NCBI GenBank assembly: GCA_964016885.1 | Contig: OZ024763.1 | Span: 9,486,001 to 9,550,000, forward strand | DNA: 64,000 bases | Source: Eledone cirrhosa | Lineage: Eukaryota | Direction of reading: 5' to 3' | In this document: in pieces, positions 48,266 through 60,915 of the stretch | How positions within the stretch are numbered: the first letter of the stretch is position 1 | How the letters are laid out: every line of letters begins with the position of its first letter | The notes under the pieces: generated by a model | Told to the model about the DNA's origin: nothing | The model's database searches: none | The model's input: only the letters and a program-made list of their open reading frames with translations | Program-made: the position numbers and the translations under genes

Positions 48266-50165
48266 ATAGTAAGCAAGGCAATCAAAGATATGAAGACAGG
48301 CAAGGCAGTTGGACCTTCAGGGATAGTTGCTGAGATGCTTGAAGGCGTCTGGGATGGTGGGACACACCATAGTCATCAGTATAGTAAACTAAGTAATACA
48401 AAATGGTATTATACCCAATGACAGCATCATCATCAAATGCTACAGGGGCATAGAGAAAACTATAGAAGCATTAAATTGGTTGACCAGATCATGAAAGTCT
48501 CCAAAAGAGTTATCACACAGCTGATTAGGAACCAAATTAACCTTTATGAAATGCAGTTTGGATTTGTGCCAGGTAAAATTACCATGGATGTTCTCTTCCG
48601 CGTAAGGAAACTACAGAAGTACCTAGCTAAAAGTAAACCCCTCTACTTAGCTTTTGTTGACCTGGAGAAAGCCTTTGAAAGTGTCCCTCTTCCCATTAAT
48701 GGTGAGCTCTTAGAAAACTATGAGTAGATGACGCTTGTGAAATCTATACAAGCCAGCAAGGTTAGAATTAACGATTACTATAGTGCAGAATTTAGCATAC
48801 AGGTAGGTATTCATCTAGGCTCCGTCCATAGCCCTCTCCTGTATTATTGCCCTACAGGCTATAACAGAAGAGTTTAAGACTGGCTGCTCTTGGGAACTTC
48901 TGTATGATCTAACTTTCATAGCTTAATCTATGGCAGAATTAGAGAAGAAATTCCAAACCAGGAAGTATGGCCTAGAATCAAAAGGTTTTAAAGTTAACTT
49001 GTCAAAGACTAAAGTTCTAGTATGTAGAAAGGAAAACAGGGCCCAAATTCCCCCTGAGAAAAGGCATTGCTCAGTGTGTAGGAAAGGAGTAGGTAGAAAT
49101 TTCATTCTATGTCCCAAATGCAAACTATGGGTACTTAAAGGATGTAGTGGGATCACAGGCAGACTATCAAAGAATGTAGGTTTTATATACAGCCGATGTA
49201 CAGGTGCAGTAAGTCGCATGTGCCCTAAGGATACTAGCTCCTTCAAATGTCCAGATGGTTCTATAGAAATAGTCGACACTTTCCGTTTCCTGGCTGATGA
49301 AATCAGTAGTGGAGGAGGATGTTCCGAAAGTACAGTAGCCAAAGTAAGAACGGGATGGAGAAAGTTCAGAGAACTACTACTGCTGCTATCCTTAAAATGA
49401 AGGGCAGATTGTATGATGCATGTATACGAACAGCAATGTTACATGGTAGTGAGACCTGGGCGATGTGTGCAGAGGACGGAAATGAAGCATGCATGCTCCA
49501 ATGGATGTGTAATGTACACAAAAGTCAAAGCGTAAATGAACTAAGAGAGAAATTAGGCAAAAGAGGGATCAGATGCAGTATACTAGAGAGGAGATTGCGC
49601 TGGTCTGGTCATGTGATGTATATGAAGGATGACAGCTGTATAAAAAGGTGCAGGGTGATCAAAATTGATGGAAGCTATGGAGTAGGAAGACCCAGGAAGA
49701 CCTGGGAAAAGGTGATAAAAACTGACCTTGAGCAATTGCACCTCTCAAAGACACTGGCACAGGATCAGATGCAGTAATACAGAAGGTATAGCTTCACATG
49801 TGCACGGGCTCAAACATACATCTAGTAGCCACCTCTTAAACAACCCACCCATTTTTGTCCCCACCACCCTTACAAAATGTATCCAGCCCACACTGTAAAG
49901 TGGTTTTGTAGGTGTCATGACAGAAAGCACCCAGTCCACACTGTAAAGTGGTAGTGTAGGTGTCACGAAAAAAAGCACCCAGCACACACTATAAATGTGG
50001 TTGGCATTAGGAAGGGCATCCGGCCATAGAAACCTAGCCAGAAACAGTTCTATGTGAACAAGACATGGTCACCTGACCGAACTTGCCTCTAATGGGACAA
50101 CCCGTCTAATCCATGTTAGCGTGGAAAATGGATGTTAAACGATGATGATGATGATGATGATGATG
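48266..50165 (+). mobile_element. RTE LINE RT-PHD-3' end with UTR and (GAT)n tail, degenerate
   Basis: NYRSIKLVDQIMKV..QFGFVPGK..LAFVDLEKAF..CSVCRKGVGRNFILCPKC..LERRLRWSGHV..GRPRKTWEK. Confidence 0.9.
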
Positions 50166-50266
50166 TGTGTATGTATATATATATGTGTGGATATTTGTAT
50201 ATATCTCTCAACACGAATGACCCATCTGACCCATACAAGCATGGAAAAATGGACGTTAAATGGTAA

Positions 50267-50322
<56 letters not shown>

Positions 50323-50324
<2 letters not shown>

Positions 50325-50562
50325 TAGCCGCAGTTTTCAATTTGTCACGCTATCTAACGTATGTTAATTACTCTAAGGTGTAGCCTATTAATTCATCGAT
50401 ACATTCTTATTTTGAGTGTTTTGTGCAATTTGTCACGCTATATGTTAATGTTATGTGGCTATGTTCCCTAGCCGCAGTTTTCAATTTGTCACACTATCTG
50501 TTAATTACTCTAAGGTGTAGCCTATTGATTCATCGATACATTCATATTTTGAGTGTTTTGTG
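50323..50562. repeat. Direct duplication of about 95-100 bp
   Basis: cctagccgcagttttcaatttgtcac..ttttgagtgttttgtg at 50323 and 50467. Confidence 0.8.
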
Positions 50563-50685
50563 TAAACCTAATTGTAACTCGTTGGCTTGGCCACCACCAT
50601 AACTTCGATTTTACTATCCTTCCACCTGTGTATATATATATATATATATATATGAAAAGTGTAATTTTCTACACAAAACGAAGGT

Positions 50686-50901
50686 TATAGAGAAAATTGA
50701 GGTTGGTAGTGGCACATGGAATATATAAGAGACAGAATACTTTTTTGTGAAAAAACATAATTTTATAAGGTAAGGAAATAATAAAGGGTATAAAAAATTT
50801 TTTATACCCTTTATTATTTCCTTACCTTATAAAATTATGTTTTTTCACAAAAAAGTATTCTGTCTCTTATATATTCCATGTGCCACTACCAACCTCAATT
50901 T

Positions 50902-50909
<8 letters not shown>
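50686..50909. repeat. Perfect 224-bp palindrome
   Basis: Arms mirror exactly around AAAAAA|TTTTTT (50797/50798), with no spacer. Confidence 0.93.
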
Positions 50910-50939
<30 letters not shown>

Positions 50940-53110
50940 TTTTCCAAGAGATGGCAACATGAATGGACCTGTTATTTTTCTCTAAAAACAATTTTTCCTG
51001 TTCCATCCTGCCCGTCCCCTCAATCTATCATATTTCTCATTCTTAAAGACTAGTGTCCGATATGTTAAGACCCACTTCCTATTTCAAGCATTAAACTAAT
51101 ATATTCCTTCCATACTGTACTGATTGTGTTATTTCTATTTACCTTTTACATACATATGTGCGTGTGTGTGTGTCCTCAAAATCACCACCTTCCCCAACCA
51201 CCAGAAAACATGAATACTTCAGTATTACAAAGACAGCTGGCTTTCCTGATCATTTCTTTTGAATGAAACAGTTTTAGTTTACACTCTATTAATGTATTGA
51301 GTACCTTACTGTGGTTACCCCCAATTGAACTCAGGACTCACACACACAAACATACATTTATAAATGAATGCATGAGTGTGTGTATGTAAAAGGTAAACAG
51401 AAATAACAACACAATCAGTACAGTATATGGAAGGAATATATTAGGTTAACATTTGATATAGCATGAAGAGGGTTTTAACATTTCAGATGCTGGTCCTTCA
51501 TCAGAAGAAAGAATGAGAAATAAAATAGATTGAGGAGACGGGCGGGATGGAATTGGAAAAAAATGTCTTTAGATAAAAATAACAGGTCCATTCATGTTGA
51601 CATCTCTTATACTTTCAGATATGGTATATATATATTGGAGAAAACCTAGTTGTGTATATGAGTGTATATGGTGTGTGTCTTTTAGAAACTCTACCCTTAG
51701 AAAATATAGATAAGAAATACCATTTCTCTGTCCCCACTAGATGGAAACCTTATACCTGTTTATCATTAAAGCTAACTTAAGAACTGTTTTTAAAAACATT
51801 GAAGTATCAATATCATCATATATTCCTTAATCATCATCACCATCACACACAGGTATATATATTGCCACTTCTCAGAAAATTAAATTTAAACTTTCCTTAC
51901 ACATATTAAGTACTCATTCAGTAAATGTTTGAATGTTTTATAACTTGTCTGTACCATATCCTATCCCAGTCGAAAGGCACTCATTTCTTGTCCTCTGTTT
52001 CTATGTTGTGTTGCCCCATATACATCTTCCCAGGGGCTTGCTCTAATCCATTGTGCCACCTAAACTCAATATTATGCCAAGACCACCCTTATGCACGAAA
52101 TTGTAGTGTCTGGAGGTGGCTGAAGAGGATGATGCATGCTTTTGTTCATTTGCTCCACGTATTTCATTTATTTTTCATGATCAACTTTACTATATATATA
52201 CAAATCCTTGTTATCATCATTTAACTTCCATTTTCCCCCCTCCTCAGCTAGCAAAAATTAGACAAGTTGTCATGGACCAGGTCAGTACTCAAGTAGAGCT
52301 ACTGACCTCTCAGATGGGCTATTTCCCCTTCACATGTTCCTCAATCTACTGAGTACATTTTATTTTGGCACCTGAACTAGGGAAGTTGTCATGCCTTTGA
52401 CACAACTGAAGATTCCTATCAACACTTTGTTTGACAGCTTTTCTATGGTTGAATGCCTTTCTGATCACCAACCACTTTCCAGAGTGTATGGCGTGCATTT
52501 AACATGTAGATCACCAAACACTGGGGAGGATGTCATATTTTCAACACAACTGAAGAGTCCTTCTGACCTTTTGTTCAGCAATTTTTCTGTCTGGATGCCC
52601 TGCCTATCAACAACCACTTTACAGAGTATACTGGGTGCGTTCATTGTGAAGATCACAGTCGGGAGGGCTCTTTAAATTAACATCACTCAATAGAGTGCAT
52701 AGCACGGAGATCAGAGTGTCACTCCAGGTAGAGCCACTATTTCTCCACATTTAGAGATCACAGCTCCAAAGCTATGGAAATGTGGCTATAATGTCTCAGG
52801 AAAGAATTGCTGGACAGATTTTACTGGCAAAACCAACCTGCAGGAGACCCAGAGTTAGACCACAAGTTGGTTGGATAACATCCATAACCTCAATTGGTTT
52901 CACTTAGGGATCAATCTGGATAATTTAGAGTTTCTTCTGATAGGACCCTAAGGAAGGCATGTCTAAAGACTCTTCCCCCTTTTTTTAAAGGTAATGATTT
53001 AGGATTTGGGTATTTCTAGCAGGTTGATCGACCATATAGAGGCTCCTAATTATACTATATGTGTGTGTATGTCTATATATGTGTTCATATTGGATGAAAA
53101 CACATGTCCC

Positions 53111-53150
<40 letters not shown>

Positions 53151-53257
53151 AGTGATCTTAGTAGTCCACAAACGACAAAGAATTCAATATTTATAATATT
53201 GTGAGGGTCACATATATATATATATATATATATAATATATCATAGACACAAACACAT

Positions 53258-53830
53258 ATATTTTTTTTTCTTTTCAACCACAAGCAAGGGGCCACTGAGA
53301 AAGGAAAAGGACAAGACAGAGAGAACATAATTTAAGAAAAGAGAAGAGGATGTTGTTTTTGAACTTTTGCAAATTGTAGTGGTGAGGACAGCAAGAAGCT
53401 GGAAGAGAATTCCATTGATGAGATATGCCAAAGAAGAAATTACTAGAATAGAATTTACAATTACATTTATTTAATTATTCAATTTAAACGTCCGTGTAGA
53501 GCTAGTAAGCCATGACAGACTCGGGGGAAGTATCGAGTACTCCTTACAGTTGGTAATAAACAAAAAGCTAGTGAGACAAGTAATTAAAAATAAAAGAAAA
53601 AAGAACAAAATACCAACTACAAACTAAAATTAAAATTTAAAAAAAAGAGAAAAGAGAGGGAAATATAAAATAACGAAAGTAAAATTTCCAATATTGAAGG
53701 AGGGGGCCAATGAGAGGCAGATTCTGCCTGAGAAGACGAAAAAGAAAATAGGAAAGGGAAACTGTAAAACAAGTTTCTCTTGTTGAACCTTTTCATAGAT
53801 TCCAAGTACTCAAAGATTTTGTTTATATTT
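53258..53830 (-). mobile_element. CR1/Jockey-like LINE 3' end
   Basis: Minus frame YSSNFFFGISHQWNSLPASCCPHHYNLQKFKNNI, followed by an A-rich tail. Confidence 0.55.
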
Positions 53831-53897
53831 GGTATACCTGTAATCATATATTTGGTATACCTGTAATCATATATTTGGTATACCTGTAATCATATAT
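53825..53897. repeat. 23-bp tandem repeat x3
   Basis: ATATTTGGTATACCTGTAATCAT repeated. Confidence 0.9.
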
Positions 53898-54552
53898 TGA
53901 ACTTCCAATCTTGGTAGTTTTTTTAAAGAAACTTCAACTGTAAAGGGATGAGAGACCTAGCCACAAAATATGGTATTACTATCACACTTCCTCTGCTTCT
54001 TCTCCCTCTTCTACATTTACCACTACTACTACTACTGCAGTTGTGGTCAACACCAGTCAGATAAGAACAGAGAACCACCAGCTGTCTTATAAACCAAGTT
54101 CTGCTACTACCACTACTACAGTTATAGTCAACACCAGTCAGCTGGTAACAGGCAACAAACCAAGGATGAGAGAGACAGAAAGTGAAAAACGAAAATATGA
54201 ATTCATTTATATGTAAATTATGTTCTCTTTTACCCTCCTCTTATTAATACACTTCTAATTATATTTCCTGTAGCATGAAAGAGTCTAAACAATTTTGGGC
54301 TGAAACCGGTACGATAAATTCCTTTTTTTTAAATAAATGTTTTGCTGTTATTCTATGAGAAAATCCCATTAGCATTTTCTACTGATTTTCTTATTTTCCT
54401 AATATATATCAACTCGTGTGTCACTTCTCAACATTGAAATATCCGAGACCCCCAGCAGACAACTGATGAGGACCCCCGCACCTTCTTGCTTTCTTCTTAT
54501 TATTATTTTTAAGCCTACCTTATTCAAGCAACTACACAACCAATCCACTTCT

Positions 54553-54627
<75 letters not shown>

Positions 54628-55042
54628 ATTATGGGTTGATTCCCAACAGGTATCAGGAAATGACTAGTTAAAAAAGGCACTCAATACATTAGTAGAGTAT
54701 AGGCATCTTTATTTTATATAGAAATGACTTCTACAGAACTAGAACTGTATCATTCGTATGAAATCATCAGATAAAATTAGTTGGTATGTATATATATATT
54801 TTTTTTATATATAAAAATTAAATTAAAGGTCAATTGACATATATATATAAAATAAACATATCAAACATTAACAGGGGATAATTTTTAAAGAGTGTAAACA
54901 CATAATAACGGAGTTAACATATTAAAATTTAACAAGAGCTTTTAATAAATGCTCGGATTTATTCCTTAGAATCTTTGAGCTTCTACAGGTGGTATAACGC
55001 ATGTTTCCGATCTTCTCAGATATGACATCTTTAATTTTGTTA

Positions 55043-55106
<64 letters not shown>

Positions 55107-55109
<3 letters not shown>

Positions 55110-55474
55110 TGGCGAAAGGTGACCTGGAAAGCAGGGCATGCAGTCCAATCGCCATGACGGAAAATGGGGCTGTGCAACCTTACCCTCCTCCCCCCAATTC
55201 CCTTTAAATGACCCTCCCAGTCAAAGCCGCATGTAGTGTTACCTAGTGTGTGTGTTATCTTTTTATGTATCTACAATTTAGTAAGCAGTCAAAATTCTGC
55301 TTACCCCAAAGCTGTCGTGCGTTTGTGTGTATGTGTGTGTGTGTTATCTTTTTTATGTGTCTACGATTTAGTAAGCAGCCAAAATTCTGCTTGCTTCAAC
55401 CGACGCAATTGATCAACTCAAGATTCTATAACGCATGCACTGCATGCGTTGCATGCACGCACCCTTCGCCCCTG
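55107..55474. mobile_element. hAT-like MITE in a (TA)n tract
   Basis: TIRs CAGTGGCGAAAGGTG / CACCCTTCGCCCCTG (13/15 match). Internal duplication gtgtgttatctttttatg..aaaattctgctt. Confidence 0.65.
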
Positions 55475-55859
55475 ATATATATATATGGTGGATTAGCTAC
55501 TGTAACTACAATACTTTATATATATGACTGTATGGCTAAACACAGCTACACAGAGACAAACGGATAACATAGGATGGGTCAGAGACTGCTGTCATGTGAC
55601 CTATGAACTTCCATATGAAAACAATAAGACACTGTTAAGTGACACCAGTGTGCATGAGTCTTCTTGGTGGGATGGGTGCATTTTTATTGTGGTACCACCA
55701 CTAGATATGGAAAACCCTTCTCTAAGTGTTTTCTGTGGCACCCTGACCTTTTCAAATTTATTTATCTAAGAGATGATATAATATATGGACAATTGAGGCA
55801 TTCTTTATAAATGTTTACACATAAGATAATATATGTAGGCGAGTGAGGTGTTTTCATTC

Positions 55860-56122
55860 TGGTGCCCAAGCATGGCCAATCGAATGACTAAAACCTGTAA
55901 AAGAATACAAGAAGGTGGAGCCCCAGCATGGCTGCAGTCTAATGAATGAAACCAGTAAAATAATAAAAGGTATTGTCCAGCATGACCGCAGTTTAATGAC
56001 TGAAACCAGTAAAAGAATGAAAAAAGGTGGTGCCCCAGCATCGTCGCAGTCTAATGACTGGTATCAAAGTGGTGCCCCAGCATGAACGCAGCCCAACGAC
56101 TAAAACCAGTTAAAGAAAAGAA
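55860..56122 (+). repeat. Tandem array of SINE/LINE 3' tails
   Basis: Five imperfect GGTGCCCCAGCATGGCCGCAGTCTAATGACTGAAACCAGTAAAAGA units. Similar tails at about 9400-9470, 9890-9950 and 10080-10148. Confidence 0.75.
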
Positions 56123-56994
56123 TATATTACAGAGTTGTAATGAATGCATTAAATAAAGAATCGTTAGAGTTCAAACGAGAAGAAAAGAAAAAAGAACTAA
56201 GGAAAAAAAAAAAGAAAAACCCTGACATTTTAAAACACACTTACACCAACAGTATTTCCGTTAGAATTAATTATCGTTGGAGGGTGAAAGAACTTCCATA
56301 TGTATTCTTACTGTAAGCTTCAAAAGTTGGGAAAATTTTACTTGAATTTCTAAGCTAAACAATCAACTGTTGCCACAGTTACTTTCCACGTTTGAGATTC
56401 CTACATTTTCTAAAAGAGTATTTCATTTTACCCAGCAATGATTTGTATGGAAGGAAATTAAATATAATTTAATTATAGAAACGTTAACACAAGAACTATT
56501 TAATTTTAAAATGATTAAAAGTATAAATTTAACGGTGCCGGCATAATTACATCATAATGGTCCCCGTCCCCAACAGTTCCCTTATAACTTTCCTAATGAA
56601 GTGTGTTTATACATATTAAATTTTATTAATATAACTGTTTTTTTTCTTCAATGTGGTTAATAAATTGATTTTACATATCTTTAACCCATTCATATAAAAA
56701 ATTAATTGTTTCTACTTTAGGCACAAGGCCAGCAATTACCCAGTTCATTACTGGTACTTTATTTTATCGACCCATCAACAATTAATATTACACAGAGAGA
56801 AGTGTGTTACACAGTGAGATGTGTGTAAAGAATTATTACATGTGAGTTTAACCGTTACTGTAACACACTTCTCTATGTGTAATATATTTGTATTTGAGCT
56901 CAGATGAAAATTCTCTGTTCTTCTCCGAGCTAATATTATTATTACTGTGAACTGCGGAATACTTTAATTCCGATCTTTGTATATATATACTTGT

Positions 56995-57395
56995 ACATTA
57001 GCACCAAGACCAAGCTCCGCCTGTACAAGAACATCGTGCTGCCGACAGTGCTTTATGCGAGCGAGACCTGGAAGAGTACGGCAAAAATAGAGAGACGGCT
57101 GAACGCTTTCCACCAGCGGTGCCTGCGAGATCCTTCGTGTGTCCTGGCGCGACCGAGTGCGAAACGAGGAGAGCCGAGCCGTGGACGCTACAGAGAGTGG
57201 TCACGATGAACTGGACTCCGCCTGGACTCAGGCGGAGTTGCCCAAGGATCACCTGGCGACGAACGTACCGGAAGGACCCGATGGCCGCCAACATCACCTG
57301 GCACGGTCTCGAAAAAGTTACCGCTGATCGTGACCGTTGGCGAGTACTTACTGCTCGATGCGCCGAAAGGCGCGGAAGAATCTAAGACTAAGATA
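56995..57395 (+). mobile_element. GC-rich RTE-type LINE 3' fragment
   Basis: ISTKTKLRLYKNIVLPTVLYASETWKSTAKIERRLNAFHQRCLR..WTPPGLRRSCPRITWRRT..DRDRWR; short TAAGAC-like tail. Confidence 0.85.
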
Positions 57396-57482
57396 CTTGC
57401 ACATACACATGTGCTGCTGGCCAAATAATTTTTGATATCAATGGGTTAAAGACATGTAAAATCAATTTATTAACTACATTAT

Positions 57483-57518
57483 GAGCTGAGGGTCCGCTAA
57501 GGTGAAACAATTGTTCTC
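57483..57518 (+). ncRNA. Degenerate minimal hammerhead-like motif
   Basis: GAG-CTGAGGG-TCC-GCTAA-GGT-GAAA-CAATTG-T-T-CTC. Stem I GAG/CTC, palindromic stem III; A9 is replaced by G. Confidence 0.45.
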
Positions 57519-58577
57519 GGTATGGTGAACTAACTGTTGTGTAACCACTTCTACCCAACTCGTCCCATGGACTGAGTGCTCTACCACTACGGATATTACC
57601 TTCCAGTGTTCTACCACTATATATATATATATATATAAAAATTTATGCTCCTATCATAGTTGAGTGCTTTCTTCTATAACAGATACTGAAAACATGGAAT
57701 GTTTTAATATCTCCTCATCACTTAGGGATGTACCCATACCTGGAAATAGAGAGTTTGTTTACATCTGTGGATTTTATTTGACGTATAATAAAATAAATAG
57801 GGATGAACTAAAGTAACCGTCTTACTTGTTTATTATTATTAAAGTGAACCTGTGGAAGAGGAATATCTAGGAAGATATGGGATGAGGTGGATTGGCAGTA
57901 TCGGTAGAGTCAATTTAATCGTCATCCCCTTCCCCCAAATTACTGGCCTTGTGCCTATATTGGCAGTATTGGTAGAGGGTCGGACGCCATGTTTTGACGC
58001 ATAGAGTTACGGCCCTTGCCATTCTGAGTTCAAATCCCACCGTTAACTTTGCCTTTCATATTTACGGGGTCGATAAAATAAAGTACCAGTAATACACAGG
58101 GTATTTATGGCCTTGTGCCTAACGTAGAAACAATTATTATTTTATATATATACATACATACATGATGGCTGCCCCCTCGTTATCGAGTATGGCCATTGCA
58201 CGATATACCATTAATAATTATTAATTAATTCTATCGTGCAATGCCTGTGCGTGAAGATATTTTTTAAAGTGAGGAAAGACTGTGCACTGAGCCAATCCCA
58301 CTCTCTGAGCTACAGTAGCTATAACCCGAAAAGAAGAAAAGATCAACATCATCAGTAACTACTGAGCCGCAGGTTTTATATCGGAGTTATCCCAGTTTCA
58401 TGAGTTGCCTTCTAGAAGAATGCCCCGACAAAGGCTAGGGGTCCTTCACTCCCAGTGGTTTAACCGCGCGGTACATTTGTATATACATATTTACACAATT
58501 TCGGATGGCCGTTGACTCTTATGAGCTCTTCGTCCTTTGTCAGTTACATACATATATACATATACATACATACGTAC

Positions 58578-59100
58578 ATTTTTTTTCTTTATTTGCTTTT
58601 TGCGTTCCAGCCGAGAGCCTGAGGCCATGCTGTGGCACCGCCACCAATGATACACTTTCTATAGCCACCCTTCCCTGATTGGCCATTGATGCTAAAGAGT
58701 ATTAGTTGCTGCTGCTCTTATTTGTGCTTCGCCTCGTGCTGTGGGTTCACCCGGGATCTTGGCCAGTAGAATGTTGAGATCTCTCTTGTAAACATCTACA
58801 TGTACATTTTAGATATTTTGGCAGCTTATTAAAAAGCTGGGGTCCCTTGAACCCCAGGCTTTGCAGTATGTGGTCCTTATTCTCGATGTGAAGGATGGGA
58901 CCTTTAGCACTACACAGTGACGTCCTGTTTGTAGGCTGGTCCTGCCTTCAATGCCGAAGTTTGGTGCTAACCCTTCCAGGATCTTCCATGTGTATATTAC
59001 TGCGTATCTCTCCCGTCTCCGTTCCAGGGAGTAAAGCTTTAATTCCTGCAGCCTCTTACGACTTTTACGTACCCTGTGTGAGCATGGTCTTCTCTTTTTT
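58578..59100 (-). mobile_element. CR1-type LINE 3' end
   Basis: RLQELKLYSLERRRERYAVIYTWKILEGLAPNFG..TGRHC; the 3' UTR ends GGTGCCACAGCATGGCC..AATAAAGAAAAAA. Confidence 0.8.
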
Positions 59101-60604
59101 CTTTCGGTGCAGCATATGCAGAAAAGAATCAAAACCCTGTATTGAATGTAATACCTGTATAACTTTTCAATTCCATTTACTTGCACCAGCTGACTTTGAT
59201 ATGTACAATTGGAGGTTTGGTGTATATTCTAATTGTTTATGTATGAGGAGCTCCCTGGAGATGATGCCCCAGCATGACCCACAAGTCAAATGACCGAAAT
59301 CAAAGAATAAGGGAATATATTCATACTATTCAAATATCCTTCAGTCATATGGTCCGGGTCAATTACCCCCTTTGTCCCCCATTAAATCCGACCTTGTGTG
59401 TAACTCTTTAAAATGTACATACACATACACTCAATGCATTTCCTATCTTAGTTATGTTCCTAGAATAATATATCCGCTTCCTAATCACAAAGTCCTAGGT
59501 TCTAACTTTACATTTGCCACTGTAAATAGTTATATCTCCGAAGTTATTCATACATTTAATCCTGTGTTCTTTGTACATACATTACTATATTATATGTTCC
59601 AGCCGAGGGAGGCCATGCAAAACTTCTCTGTATCGTTCCAATATGTACTGCCGAAGCTGAACATTTATGTAAATATATTCTAGAAATAAATTAATAAAAT
59701 ATTATTTTTATTTACAACCACTTCAACATAAACTACAGTTTTTCTTATGCAAACAATTAATTTATCAAAACGCAAATTTCCCACTTGGCATGAGTGCTGT
59801 CCAAATATCCGGTTGTCCTGGTATATATGACATGCCAATCCTGAACTCTAAAAACTAAATAAATTAAATGATATTCCTATCATTGTTGACGACACGGGAC
59901 CAACTAAATTCAAATATTCAAGATGAACAAAACGGAAATATAAACCAGCCAAGGAGGAAGAATTACAGCAGCAAAGAATTTGAAAATATTTCCTTTGTAA
60001 TCACAGACAAGCTTTCATAGTTGGTGACGTTGCCGTCGTCGTCCTAATCTCAAAGAAAGCTATTGTGATGATGGCGGTAGTGATGATGATAGTGGTAATG
60101 ATGGTTGCGATGTTGGTGGTGGTGGCGGTGGTGTTGGTGGGGGACGATGATGGTGGCGGTGGTGTTGGTGGGGACGATGATGGTGGCGGTGTTGGTGGTG
60201 AAGGTGGCGGTGATGTTGGTGGGGGACGATCATGGTGAAGATGACGATGATGCCGGCGACGACAAAAACAATGAAGATTTGAACTGTGTAAAGTTACAAA
60301 CCAACAGACATTTTAAATTTCAAAATAACCCCAGCACGACGTGTGTTGGTTATGAGTCATGTGAAAATAAATATAAAAAAACCAGCATGATTCCATTCTT
60401 TGTCGCATGCTTATTATGAGACAACGGTAAATGGAAGTATAATCCCATGGGGAGGGGATGACAAGGCACACTTTTGGTTAGGAAAGAAATCAGTTTCATT
60501 TAATTCGTCAACCATCGATGGATCTCCGTCACTTTCGACGATGAGTGTTCCAGTTATTCGATCAGCGGACAACGGAACAGTCCGCATGTGAAATTAAAAT
60601 CTTA

Positions 60605-60915
60605 GTCACTGAGCATTTAACAGACACGTGTAATTCTCAGGAAGATTTAGCGTGATACGGGCTCAACTGGCCTTTTGAATAACAGGTAGTCTTCTATTAA
60701 AGTGAACACTCAACAGACACATGTACCTTTAACGTAATTCTCAGGGAGATTCAGCATGACATAGTGTATTTTATGACAAAACTGGCTTTTTTAATTACAG
60801 GTAGTCTATTTTGTATTAACATCTAAATAGCTGAGCACTACACAACACGTCAAATTCTCAGGAAGATTCAGCATGACACTGAGTGATAAGGCTGGACTGT
60901 CCCTTTGAACTACAA
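60605..60915. repeat. Three tandem SINE-body fragments
   Basis: Repeated AATTCTCAGG(A/G)AGATT(C/T)AGC(G/A)TGA..CTGGCC(C/T)TTTGAA..ACAGGTAG. Confidence 0.65.

Noticed and set aside
55935-55960. CTAATGA..GAAAC hammerhead-like string in SINE tails
   Set aside because: No stem II and an altered core; better explained by the CAGT/ACTG hairpin of a LINE-type tail.
60415-60590. GC-richer minus-strand short ORF as another rootletin exon
   Set aside because: No recognisable homology or clear splice sites.
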